Of a DNA stretch of 64,000 bases, positions 1 through 11,785 are shown one piece after another (position 1 is the stretch's first letter; each line of letters starts with the position of its first letter). The stretch covers positions 744,001 to 808,000 of the forward strand of contig JABVCE010000005.1 in the NCBI GenBank assembly GCA_014905635.1. The letters run 5' to 3'. Position numbers and translations under genes: made by a program. The notes beneath the pieces are model-generated. The model was not told the origin of the DNA. It did no database searches and saw nothing but the letters and a program-made list of their open reading frames with translations. The stretch comes from Scenedesmus sp. PABB004 (Eukaryota).

Positions 1-53
1 CGGGCGCTGCGCGCGCGCGCGGGGCGGCGCGGCCGCGGCCCGCTGCTGCCGAC

Positions 54-86
<33 letters not shown>

Positions 87-101
87 TGTGCGCGGCCGCA
101 G

Positions 102-505
102 ACGCTCGGCGAGACCACCGGCGGCGGGCTGCCACAGGCGGAGCTGGATGACCTCGCGCGGCAGGTGCGCGAGGGCACGCTGTCGAACGAGGAGCTCATG
201 CGGCGCCTCGCCCCCGAGGGCAGCAGCGCCCAGGGCGGCGACGACACCAGCAGCGCCGGCGGAGCCGGCGGCGCGCAGCGGCCGCGCAGCGGCGCCAGCG
301 CGCAGCCGCCGGCCAGCGGCGCCAGCGCGCAGCGGCCGGCCAGCGGCGCCAGCACGGAGCGGCCGGGCAGCGGCGCGGCCTCTGGCAGCAAGCAGCACGC
401 TGCGATGCGCGTGCTGCAGGGCGCGGCGGCGCTGCAGCGGCAGCCGGTGCCGCCGCCGCAGCCGCCGCAGCCGCCGCGGCCGCGGCAGCCGGTGCCGCCG
501 CCGCA

Positions 506-549
<44 letters not shown>

Positions 550-2421
550 TGCGGCCGAGCGTGGCGGGCGTGGCGGGCGTGGCGCCTGGCCACCACCTCG
601 CCCAGCCCCAGACCGCTACCGTCCAGCGGGTGCCGGTGGTGTTGCACGGTGGCATGCACGTGCAGTTCGCTGGTATGACCAGGCAGCAGCAGCAGGCTGC
701 CGCGGCGGCGCTGCAGCACCACCCGCAGCACTACGCCGCGCAGCAGCAGCTCTTCTCTGCACAGTGGCAGTCCCCCCACCAGGCGCAGCCGCACCCCGGC
801 CTGAACTGGCAGCAGCAGCAGCAGCAGCTCTTCTATGCGCAGCAGCAGCAGCAGCACGCGCAGCAGCAGCAGCACGCGACGGGCGAGCACGACGGCGACT
901 GGCAGGGCGAGGCGGGCTTTGAGGAGGAGCCCGGCGGCGGCGACGGCGACGCGGCGCTGGCCGAGCAGGAGCAGCAGCAGAAGCAGGCGGAGCTGGAGGA
1001 GCCGGCCGCAGCGCGCGGCCGCCCGGGGCTCGCGGCGGCCGGCGGCGGCGCCGCGGCGCGCAGCGTGTCGGGCTCGCCCGGCTCCAAGGTAGGCGCACGC
1101 GCCCGCGCTCGGCTGCCCGGCGCGATCGCAGCCCGGACCGCGCCCGCCCTCAGACCAGCGCGCATGCTGGCGCGCCGAGTGCACGTCGCCTCACTGCCTC
1201 ACTGCCTGCCCTGTCCTCCCGCCTGCCCTGTGTGCCCCACCTCTGCAGCTCAACCACCTGGCCAAGGAGTTCAAGTTGGTCGACAAGGAGTTCAAGCTGG
1301 GCGAGCTCAACCACCTGGCCAAGGAGTTCAAGGTGGGCAGCAGCCTCGCTGGCGCCAGCGGCGGCGGCAGCAGCATCCTGCAGGGCGCCGGCGGCAGCGC
1401 GCCGGCAGGCGGCAGCGGCGGCGCCGCCGCCGTTCCGGCCCCGGCAGCGGCTGCCGCTGCTGGCACGGCCCCAGCAGCGGCGGCGGCCGCTGCCGCTGCG
1501 GCCCCGGCAGCGGCGGCCGCTGCTGGCGGCAGCAGCGGCATCGCCGCCACCGCGGCCCCGGGCGCGGCGGCCAGCACGGCACCTGCTGCGACGAGCAGCG
1601 GTGCAGCGCTGCAGCCGGCGCCGCGGCAGCAGCCCGCGGTGCAGCAGCCCGCGGCAGCGCCGCCGCAGCCGCAGCCGCAGCAGGAGCAGCAGCCGCAGCA
1701 GGAGCCGCAGCAGCCGCCGCCCGCGCCCGTCGGGGGCGCTGCCGGCGGCGGGCTGCCGGCGAACCACGTGTTTGATGCGGTGCACCTCGCGGGCGCCGAC
1801 AACGCGACGCTGGCGCAGGTCTACCGCAACCCCAGCGTGCGCGGGTGCGCCGGCGGCTGCCGCTCCCGCCCCGGGGCCCTCGCCGCGCGCCCTGCCGCTC
1901 GCCCTGCCTGCCTGTGTGTCGTTGTTCTTGCCGCCGTGTCTCTCTCCTCGCTCGGCTCGGCGCCCACCCCACTGCCGCGCCGTGCCACGCCGCGCCGCGC
2001 CGCGCCAGGTTCCGGCTGCCGCACGCGACGTTTGAGTCGCCCGGCCGCCTCGGCGCGGGCGAGAGCGGCGGAATGCTGGTCTATAACAACGACACCGGCA
2101 CCGTGGAGGGCCTCTGGGCCGCGAGCGGCGCGTCGGCCGAGGGCGTCGAGTGGCGCCGCGTCGCCGACTACGTCGGCGTGCCGGCCGAGGTCTACGCCGC
2201 GGTGCTGCAGCTTGCGCCGTTCAAGCGCCGCTACGCCGGCGAGGAGGGCGCCGCCGTGCTGCGCGCGCTGTGGGAGTGGCGGCACCGCGGCGCCGCGGCG
2301 CCGCCGGCCCCCGCGCCGGCCCAGGCGCCGGCCGCCGCCGCGCAGGCGCCCGGCAGCCGGCCCGGCTCGGCGGGCAGCGGCAGCCAGCCCGGCTCGGCGG
2401 GCAGCGCTGCGCCCGGCAGCA

Positions 2422-2458
<37 letters not shown>

Positions 2459-2810
2459 GCGTGCCCTGCCGCCGCTGCTGGCCATGCTGGCCAACCGCCC
2501 GGGCTCGGCGGGCTCCGGCAGTGCCGGCACGCCAGCGGCGGCGGCCGCGGCCGCGGCGGGCGCCGGGCCAGGGCCCGGCGCGCCGCCGCGGCCGGCGGCG
2601 GCAGCAGCGGGGCGCAAGCTGTGCACGCTCTGCCACGCCAACCCGGCCGGGTGGCTGTGCTGGGAGTGCAAGCACATGGGCCCGTGCGCCGAGTGCTGCG
2701 CGCGGCCGCCGAGCGCGGACAAGTTTTACCGCCAGCCGGCCGAGTACCCGACCTGCCTCTTCCCCGGCTGCGGCCGGCCCGTGGGCTCGCTCTTCCGCGT
2801 CGTCATGTGA
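102..2810 (+). CDS. 5'-partial gene: P/Q/A low-complexity protein with a divergent DCD-like domain and a C-terminal C3HC4-type RING finger
   Basis: Exons 102-1088, 1249-1844 and 2009-2810 join in frame via GT-AG introns. The C-terminus CTLC..CWECKHMGPCAECC..CLFPGC..VGSLFRVVM has RING-HC spacing. The start codon lies upstream of the window. Confidence 0.65.
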
Positions 2811-3195
2811 CGAGAGAGGCGCGCGGCGCGGCGTGTGACAGAGGCGCGCGGCGCGGCGGCGTGTGATGGCTTGCAGGTGCTTGGGACGCAGCGGCGTGCG
2901 ACGCGGGGGCGCCGCGGTGTGCGTTCGGGCGCGGTTGTGTGTTCAAGAGAGTTGCCGCTGCGCGTGCCGGGCGCGGCTGAGCTGAGCTGCAACCGAAGGC
3001 GGCGGGGCGAGCTCGCTGTCGCGGAAGATCAGGCGCTGGCAGCGGGCACAGCACGCGCCGCTGCCTGACGCGCGCGCAGGCAAGCGACAGCTTTGGTGCT
3101 GCCCCAAACCTGCCAGCTGTTCCCAGCCACCAACCGATCAGCTTGCTCAGCTGGGGTGCGGCGGGCGGTACGCGGCCCCCGGCGAGTCAGCGACG

Positions 3196-6100
3196 TCACT
3201 CGCTGACTGCCGCCGCTTCCCCAGCGGCGGACTGCACCAGGTCCAGACAGCGCGCCGCCAGCGCGTCGTCGTGGGGCAGCCAGCTGCAGGCCAGCGCCCG
3301 CTCGCCGTCGCCGTCAGCGCCGACGCCGGGGCGTAGCTCGGGCGGCGCCGCAAACTCCACGGACCGCACCGCCGTACAGCTGCCGTTTGCGGTCACCTCT
3401 CTTGCAAGCTCCGCCGGCAGCCCTGCCCGCAGCGCCGCCGCCACGTGCGTGAGCGCTGCAGCGGCGGGCGGCTGCGCGCCGCCGCCCTGCGCCGCTGCCC
3501 AGCACGCCGGCGGCAGTCGCACGCGGCAGCGCAGCCGCACAACGTGCCGCCGCAGCCCGGCGGCGGCCGCCGCGTCGTCCGGCGGGAGCAGCTGCATGCG
3601 CTGCACCAGCGGCTGCGTCGCCGGCAGCTGCGGCGGCAGGTGGTGCACGACCAGCACGCCGTCCAGCACCACGCGCTGCGACTCCAGCGCAAGCTGCTGC
3701 GCCAGCTGGCACGACAGCGCCGCTGCGCGGCCCACCAGCGCGGTGGCGCGCGCGAGCTCCGCCTCGCCCAGCAGCAGCTCGTGCGGCGTCGCCGGGGCCC
3801 CTCCGGGCGCCAGCCGCGTGCCTTCAAGCTCCTGCTGCTGCTCCTGCTCCTGCTCCTGCTGCTGCTGCTGAGGGCTAGCAGCGGCGGCAGTGGCGTCCTG
3901 GCGCGCGTCGTGCGCGGCGGCCGCCAGCAACTCCAGCCAGGGCGCCAGCTGCGCCGCCCGCACAGCTGCCGTCGCGGGTGGCTGCTCCTGCTCCTCCTGC
4001 TGCTGTTGATCCTCCTGCCGCTGCTGCTCCTGCTCCGGCTCCTGCCCCTGCTGGGCTCGCGGCTGGCCGCCATTGCCGCCGGCGCCGCCGCGCCGTGCGA
4101 GCTCCGTGGCCGCCGCCACCAGCGCCGCCGCGTCGCCGCGCTCCAGCCACCCCGCCGCCGCGGCGCCGGCGCCGTCGGCGCGCAGGCGCTGCAGCCCTTC
4201 GGGCAGGCGGCGCAGCAGCGCTGCGGCGGTCGGCACGGGCACGCAGCCGGCGTGCGCGCTGACGCACACCTCCTCCCCGATCGCCGGCGTGTGGCAGGGC
4301 AGGCCGAGGCTACCAGCGATGCGGGCAGACATGAAGGCCATCTTGTCGGGCTCGCCGTGCACCAGCAGCACCGCCGCCGGCGCGACCTGCGCCACGAGCT
4401 GCAGGATGCCCTTGGCGTCGGCGTGCGCGCTCACGGTGGCGTAGTAGACCTGCGCCGCAGCGGCGCAGCGGCGCGGCGCTGGGGCGCGGCGCGGGCGCGG
4501 GCGCGGGCGCGGCGGCGCGCGGCGGCGCGCGGCGGCGCGCGGGCGTGCCCGGGGCCGCGCGGCGCGGCGGCGCGCCTTGCAGTTGACGTCCAGGGGCGCC
4601 TTGTCGACCACGAGGCCCTTGCGCTGCCCCAGCATGAGCTTGCGCCCGAGCGTGCCCGCGACCTGCCCCGCGGCGGCGGCGCCGGCGACGACGGGCGCTG
4701 TCAGCGGCGCGACGGGCGCGGCAGGCGCGGCGGCGGCGGCGGCGGAGCGCCTGCGGCGCTGCCGGGCGCAGCGCCGGCGCGCCTGGTAGCTGGGCAGCAG
4801 GACCAGGTTGTTGGCGCAGGGCGCCCAGGCCTTGAAGACCTCGAGGGAGGTGCCGCCCTGCAGCATGCCGGGCGTGGCAAACAGCACGCACGGCCCCTGT
4901 GCCCGCGGCGGGCGCGCAGCGCGCGGCGGCGTCAGCGGCGGTGCGCGCCGGCCCACCGCCCCCGATGCGCGCGGGCCGCACCGGCGCGTGCGTGAGCTCG
5001 GCGCTCCAGGGCAGCACGCGGCCGGGCGCGAGCGCGGCGGCGCGCGTGCCGGGCGGGCCCGCCTTGACCCGCTCGCTGGCCCAGTTGAGCAGCAGGCGGT
5101 AGTACTGGCTCGCGCGCGCGGCAAGGGGGCCGCTGAAGTAAATGGGCACCTGCGCGGCGGCGGCGCCCGCGCGGGTGGGCGGGCGGCGGCGCTTGGGCAG
5201 GCGCGCGGCGGCGGATGCGCGCTGCGGCGGGCGGCGGGGCGGCGCCGCACGTCGAGCTGGGTGCGCTCCCAGAACTCGCCGAGCAGCAGCAGCAGCTCCT
5301 GGGCGCGGCCGACAGCAAACACCGGCACCAGCACCTTGCCGCCGCCCGCCACGCAGCTGTGGACCTGCGGGCGCGGGCCACACGGCGCGCCGGACGCGGG
5401 TCGGCGCGCGGCGCGCCCGGCCACGCGGCGCGCGGCGGCGCGCGGGCCCCCGCAGCGCGCGGCGCACGCACCGCCGACAGCAGGCTGGCCTCGCGCGCCG
5501 CCTTGCTGTCGCGCACGCTCGTCGCATAGGTCGCCTCGCTGATCAGCAGGTCGGGCGCGAGCCGGCCCAGGCACGCGCCCGCGAGGTGGCGGTCGGGGAC
5601 GGTGTTGAAGTCGCCTGCCGCGGGCCGCGCCGCGCGGCGGCGGCGGCGCCCCGCGGCGTCGGCGCGGCGGCGGCGGCGAGGCGGTGCCGCAAGTGCCGCC
5701 TGGCGCGCCGCCGCGGCCGCGCCGCTGTGGCCGCGGCTGCGCCGCCGCCGCCGGCGCGCACCCGTGTACACGAGGCTCTCCCCGCCGGCGGTCACGCGCA
5801 GGATGGCGGCGCCGAGCACGTGGCCGGCGTTGTACGCGGTGACCTCGACGCCCTCGCACACCTGCGCGAGCGAGCGAGCGAGCGCCCGGGCGGACGCGAC
5901 GTCTTAGAGCCGCCGCGCGCCGCACGCGCACGCCGCGCCGCGCCGCCGCGCCTCCACGGTCTCCTGCAGGTCGATCGGCGTGACGCGCGCGAGCGCGGGC
6001 GCGACGTGCTGCCGGCCGAAGAGCGGCCCGCGGCCGGGGCGCTCCGCGAGCACGCGCGCATAGTCCTCCAGCATGAGCGGCGCCACCGCGGCGGTGGGGT

Positions 6101-6782
6101 AGGTCATGAAAATGGGCCCACGGTACCCCAGCACCTGCCGGGCGCGGCGGCGGGCGCGGCGGACGCGGACGCGGCGGCGAGGGTGTGTGGGGGGGGGGCG
6201 TGGGCGTGGGCGCGCAGGCGTGGGCGCGCGCGTGACGAGGCGGCGGTCACACAGCGCACGCAGCGCGGCGCGGCGCGGCGCAGCGCGGCGCGGGGCGCGG
6301 GGGCGCGGCGCGGCGCGGCGCGGCGCGGCGCGGCGCGCGCGCCTCTGTGAAGTAGGGCAGCGCGCCGACGTGGTCCAGGTGGAAGTGGCTCACCAGCAGC
6401 GCGTCGACCACGGCGGTCAGGTCGGTGCCGGGCGGGCCGAGCAGGCCAAAGTCGGGGAAGCTGTGCCGGGCGGGCGCGGCGGGCGGCGGTGGGCACGGCG
6501 CGCGCGTGGCCGTAGCGGCGCGTGGGGCGGAGCGGCGGCGCGTCGGCGCGCAGGGCGGCGGCGCAGGCGGTCGCGCGTGGTGCTGCGCACCGCCGCTCGT
6601 CCTGGTAGCCCAGGTGCATGCCGCAGTCGAACATGAGCGTGCGGCCGCCGATGCGCACCACCACGCAGCTCTTGCCGACGTCCTGCCCCGCGCCTGCCGC
6701 GCGGCGGGGCGCGCGCTCGGCGCTGCTGCCGCCTGAGGCGCGGCGCGCGCGGGGGCCGCTCACCCAGCACCAGCACACGCAT
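3196..6782 (-). CDS. INTS11: Integrator subunit 11 / CPSF73-II-like MBL beta-CASP endonuclease (11 exons)
   Basis: Spliced product [86 protein letters not shown] has all catalytic motifs. GAGQDVG and the GMH context favour INTS11 over CPSF73-I. Confidence 0.9.
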
Positions 6783-7189
6783 GGCGCCGCGCTGGGCCGG
6801 CGCCGGCGCCGTGATCGCGGGCGCGGCCGCCGGCGGGCGCCGCTGCCGCGGCCGCCGGCGGGCGCCGCTGCCGCGGCCGCTGCTGCCGCGGCGCGTGCAG
6901 CGCTCTGCTCGCGGGTCGCGGGAGGAGGAGTTCAGCTCGCCGGCCGCGTCGCAGATGGCGCGCGCGGTTGGGCCAGGCTCGAACCGCGGCGGTTCGGCAG
7001 AGGCCGCGCCGCGCGGCGCGGGCCGCGCAGCGCCCCCCCCCCCCGGCGTCGACGCACGAGACCGCCACCGCCATCGCAGCCAGGCCAGCAGCTCGCAGGC
7101 CCAGCGCCCGCCCTGCCGCCGCCGGCACCGCCCGCGCTCGCGCCCGCTGCTCCGACGCGCGTGCGCCGCTGCCGATCGCGGCCTCAGAC

Positions 7190-8356
7190 ATGCAGTGCCT
7201 GACCGCGCGCAGTCAGGCGGGCGGTGGGTGGCCAGGCGGACCGCGCGAGCGTCGCAGGAGGGCGTGCGGGGCCGCGCCGCTGCGTGGGCAATCCAGGCCT
7301 CGCATTCGCTCACCCGGCCGCCGCGCGCTGCCGCAGTGGGCGCGCGTGCTGGCAGGGCACATGCCGCCGTCGTCGCGCGGCCAGGCGCCTGCCGGCGGGC
7401 GGCGCTGAGGCCGGCGGCGGTGAGCAGCGGGCAGCGCTCGCGCCCACGCCCGCGCCAGCCGCGCCGCAGGGAGCCGCGCCGCAGCGCGCCCCCGGCCGCG
7501 GCTGGGGTCCTCTGTGTCCGCTGGGTCCGCTCCAGCCAGCGCGCCAGCACGCCCTGGCGCAGCGGCATGAGCGGCCCCCTCCGCCGCGCCGCAGCTCTTT
7601 GGCCTGGGCGGCAAGAAGGCCAAGGCGCCGGCGCCGGCGCCGGTGAAGCGTCCGACGGTCGTGCCGGAGCCGTCGTTCAACCTGCCGCTCTCGCTGCTCG
7701 CCATCAGCGCGTTCTCCGCCTACGAGGGCGCCACGCCCGCCGCGGTGCTCACCGGCATCCTCGGCGCGTTCCTCGCGCTGCAGGCGACGCGCGTCAAGTG
7801 CGCGGCGGCGGGGGCGGCGCCGCGCCGGGCCGCGCGCGGGCGCGCCGCGCCCGACTGTCGCCGCGCGCCCGACCGTCGCCGCGCGCAAGTTTGACGCGCG
7901 TCGCCTGACCGCGCGCCCCGGCGCCGGCGCAGGTTTCAGTTTGAGGACGACGCGCTGGAGGTGGTCATCGCTGGCAAGGAGGAGCAGAAGACGGAGAACG
8001 CCTTTGTCGGCGGCCGCAACCGGTGGCGCTTCGACAGCTTCATCAACTGGGAGCTCTGGTGGCCCGGCTTCCCCGTGCTCGTGTACTTCAAGGTCTGCGC
8101 CCGCCGCCCCCGCGCGCTGCTGGTGCTGCCGGCCGAGGCCGGCGCTGCTGCGCGCTCGCTGCCGCTCGGCGGCGACGGCGCAGGCCCCGGCCGACGCACG
8201 CTGCCGCGCCCCGCCGCGGCCTTTGTTTTGCAGGAGTCGCAGACCAAGCCGGAGGGCCAGATCCACTTCTTCCCCGTCATCTTCAACGGCAAGCAGCTCT
8301 ACGACGTCATGGTGGAGCGCTGCGGCCCCAGCGCGACGAGCGGGCCCAAGAGCTGA
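7190..8356 (+). CDS. DUF3119-like chloroplast membrane protein (5 exons)
   Basis: R/A-rich transit peptide MQCLTARSQAGVGAR.., then PSFNLPLSLL..GAFLALQATRVKFQFEDDALEV..ENAFVGGRNRW..NWELWWPGFPVLVYFKESQT..QIHFFPVIFN. Family recognised from memory. Confidence 0.8.
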
Positions 8357-8645
8357 GCGCGCCGCTGGTCGCGGCGGCGCGCGGCGCAGCCGCGGGAGCT
8401 CGGCCGCTCGGCCGCTCCATGCGCGGGAGCTGCCGAGCCCTCTCGTATCACGAGAGTGAGGGAAAAAGTTTGACGCGGCGCCGTCCGAGCAGCTGCCGCC
8501 GGCGTCGCATTTTGATGGGCGCCGCCGCAGGCTCTTGAGCCGATCGCTGGCCGCGCCGAGCACCAGACCGACGACTCGCTCACCTCACACACAGCAGAGC
8601 ACGCGCACACGCACAGAGCAGAGAACAGCAGAACAACACCAGCGC

Positions 8646-9585
8646 ATGGAGGCCCCCCGCGCGGCCCCCGCGGCCGAGGCCGAGCGGGAAGCGCCAGGCG
8701 TGCCCCAGGTGGAGCAGGCCGAGCGCCCAGCAGGCGCGGAGGACCCGCGCGAGGCGCTGAGACAGGAGTGGAGCGAGCTGCGGGCAAAGACGCGGCCTCG
8801 CGACACAGTGCAGGGTGAGGGGGCCCGCCTGGCGGTGCCTGGCGGTGCAGCGGTGGCGGTCTGGGAGCGGCGGCGGTGGCAGGGCGACGGCAGCGGCTGC
8901 GGAGGGCCTCGCGCGCAGCCGCCGCTGCTCCGGATGCCGCCGCCGCGCACGCCCCGCCGCTGCGGGCTCTGCCCGCATGGCCCGGCGTCCGGCGACTCAC
9001 CTGAGCCCTGATGCGCAGCCCCGCCGCTGCCCGGTCCGCGCGGTCCCGGCATCTCACCGCGACCCTGGCGCGGCCGCCGCTCACAGGCATGAAGAGCGGC
9101 CTCGCGACCGCCGCGGCCGGCGTCGCGTCGGGCGTGGTCGGCCTGTTTGCGGCGCCGATCGTCGGCGCGAAGCAGGACGGCGCCGCCGGGTTTGCAAAGG
9201 GACTCGCCACCGGCATTGCAGGCGCGGTGGTGCTCCCCGTTGCGGGCGTCGTCGGCGGCGCGGTGCAGGTCGGGCGAGGCCTCGCCAACCAAAGCGAGGC
9301 CAACCAGGAGAAGAAGCGCGGCCGCGTGTGGGACAAGGCCGCGCACGCGTGGGTGGACCCGCCGGGCGCGGAGCTGCAGCCGTACGACGCCGACGCGGCG
9401 GACGCGGCGCTCGGGCGGTCGCGCGTCCACGGGCCAGACTTCTATGAGCTGCTCGAGGTCTCCCGCGACGCCGACGGCGCGACGCTGAAGCGCCAGTACT
9501 ATGTGCTCGCGCGCAAGTACCACCCCGGTGCGCGCGGCGGCGGCGCGGCGCGGCGCGGCGCGCGAGCGGCGGCGCGCCCGGCAGG

Positions 9586-9642
<57 letters not shown>

Positions 9643-11099
9643 AGCGCTGGCCCGCGTTGACCCGCGCCGCGCCGCGCAGACAAAAACGCGGGCGACGAGG
9701 CGGCGACGCAGCGCTTCCAGCAGCTGGGGCAGGCGTACCAGGTGCTCTCAAACCCGGAGCTGCGCGCCAAGGTGCGGCGAGCAGCCGCCCCGGCGGGGGC
9801 CTTGCCGCCGCGCGGCGGCCGCCCGGCGCGCCTGCCTGTGCGCGGCCGGGCAGCCAGCAGCATACGCCCACGCGCGCCTCCATGCGCCCACGCGCGGCCA
9901 CGCGCCCGCGCGCCAACGCAGTACGACAAGCACGGCGCGGCGGGGCTGGACGTGGAGCTCGTCGACGCGGGCGTCATCTTTGGCAGCCTCTTTGGCTCGG
10001 AGCTGTTTGAGCCGATCGTGGGCGAGTTCATGATCGCGACCGCGACGAGCCGCGGCGGCGAGCTCAGCGAGCGCGAGGCCGAGTTCCTGCAGGAGGCGCG
10101 CGTCGGCAAGCTGGTGGTGGGCCTCAAGGCGCGGCTCGCGCCGTTTGTGGGCGGCGAGGAGGAGGCGTTTGGCCAGGTGCAGGCGGTCAACGCGGAGCAG
10201 CTCGCGGCCGCGAGCTTTGGCGGCGTGATGCTCGCCACGATTGCGCGCGTGTACTCGACGGAGGCCGAGGTCTTTGGCGCCAACCCGCTGCTCGGCGGGC
10301 TCACCAAGCTGCGGCGCGCGGGCGACAGCATCAAGTGCGCGGCGCGGCGCCGCTGCTGCGGGCGGGCGGGCGGGCCAGCGGGGGCGGGCGCGGGCCGGCG
10401 CGCCGCACGCGCGGCGCGGCTGAGCCGAGCACTGCTCGCCCCGCAGGAGCCAGCTGCAGGCCGCCAAGGCCGCGGTGGACCTGGCGCAGCACCAGGCAAA
10501 GCTGGAGGCGGCGGACGCGGCACTCAAGCAGCACGCGGCGGCGCTGCAGGAGCAGCACGGCGGCGAGCAGGAGCTCCCCGAGCTGGCCAAGGTGCAGCTG
10601 GCGGGCATGATGCAGCAGCGGTGAGCGCCCGCGGCGCCGCCGCCGCGCCCCGCGCCCGGCGCGCGCCGCCCGCGCGCCGCGCGCGTGCCGCCGCGCGCCC
10701 ACGCCCCGCGTGCCGCCGCCCACGCACGCCGCCCCTGGCAGGCACGAGCTCGAGCTCGCGGGCATGGGCCTCGCGCTGCAGGCGATGTGGGCGGCCAACG
10801 TGCTCGACATCCAGCGCACGCTGCACACCGTGTGCAAGCGCCTGCTGCGCGAGCCGGGGATCAGCAAGGCCGAGGCGCGCGGCCGCGCGGCGGCGCTGGC
10901 CGAGCTCGGCCGCATCTACGCCGACGCCGCGCGGCGCGCGAGCGCCGGCGCGGCGGCGAGCCAGGAGGTGCAGATGCAGGCGGCGCTGGAGAAGCTCAAA
11001 GACCTCTACATGGGCGCGCAGCCGGGCGACGACGGCGACGACGACGGCGACGCCGGCGGCGCGGCGGGGCCGTCGGCGTCGGCGGCGCGGCCGGCGTGA
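8646..11099 (+). CDS. J-domain chaperone (DnaJ + DnaJ-X) with an N-terminal ATG_C/VPS13-like segment (6 exons)
   Basis: DFYELLEV..LKRQYYVLARKYHP|DKN (HPD is split by an intron)..FQQLGQAYQVLSNPELRAKYD; FGSELFEPIVGE; MWAANVLDIQRTLHTVC (X domain). Confidence 0.85.
9585..9642. repeat. (GCG)n trinucleotide microsatellite in DnaJ intron 2
   Basis: Uninterrupted GGC/GCG run of more than 50 nt. Confidence 0.9.
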
Positions 11100-11785
11100 G
11101 CGGCGCGGGCGGCGCGGGCGGGGCAGCGGGCGCTGGGCAAACCTTGTGATGTGCGCGGGGTCCATTCCTGGGCTGGTAACGTCCTCACCGAGTGCAGAGG
11201 TCCGTCAGCGAGTGCAGCGGTCCATCAGACACCGGCGGGCCTTGAGAGGAGCTGCCCGCACCGTTTTGAGCGTCACCCGTGAGCGCCGCTGCTGCGACCA
11301 GTGCCCGAGTACGCGCCCCGCCTGGCCCGCTGCGCGCCGCTGATCAGCGCGCTTCGATGACACCGGCGACGAGCGCAGCGGCGCGGCAGCCAGTGCCAGA
11401 GAGTAGGGCGTCGCCGGGTTCCGCGGCGGCCCGGCGGCCGCGGCGCCCCTGCGCGCCCCCGCGCCGCGCGGGCGCGCTTCCAATCGCTCTGAGCTCGCGT
11501 AACTGGAGGATGGTGACGCCGCGGGGCGGGAAGGTCGGCCCTGCTGGTGGGTGGGAAGATGATCGTGAAGTCACTGCCGCACTGGCCGAGCGCTCACTTG
11601 TCCGGGGCCGCTGTGGCCTCTCGCGCCCGCGTCGCAGGCCTGCTTATAGCCCCTCCGCTCCATCTGGAGCAGACAGCGCTCCGCTGCTCGCTCCGCCACG
11701 CCCCACGCGCCACGGCCGCGGTCAACGCGGACCCCACCCACCCGCCCCTTCCCCCCGCCTCGCCCTGAGGCCGAACATCGCCACC

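Noticed and set aside
86..88. GCCATG as the start of the first gene
   Set aside because: Out of frame with the exon starting at 102, and it lies in intron-like CCG repeats before a CAG acceptor.
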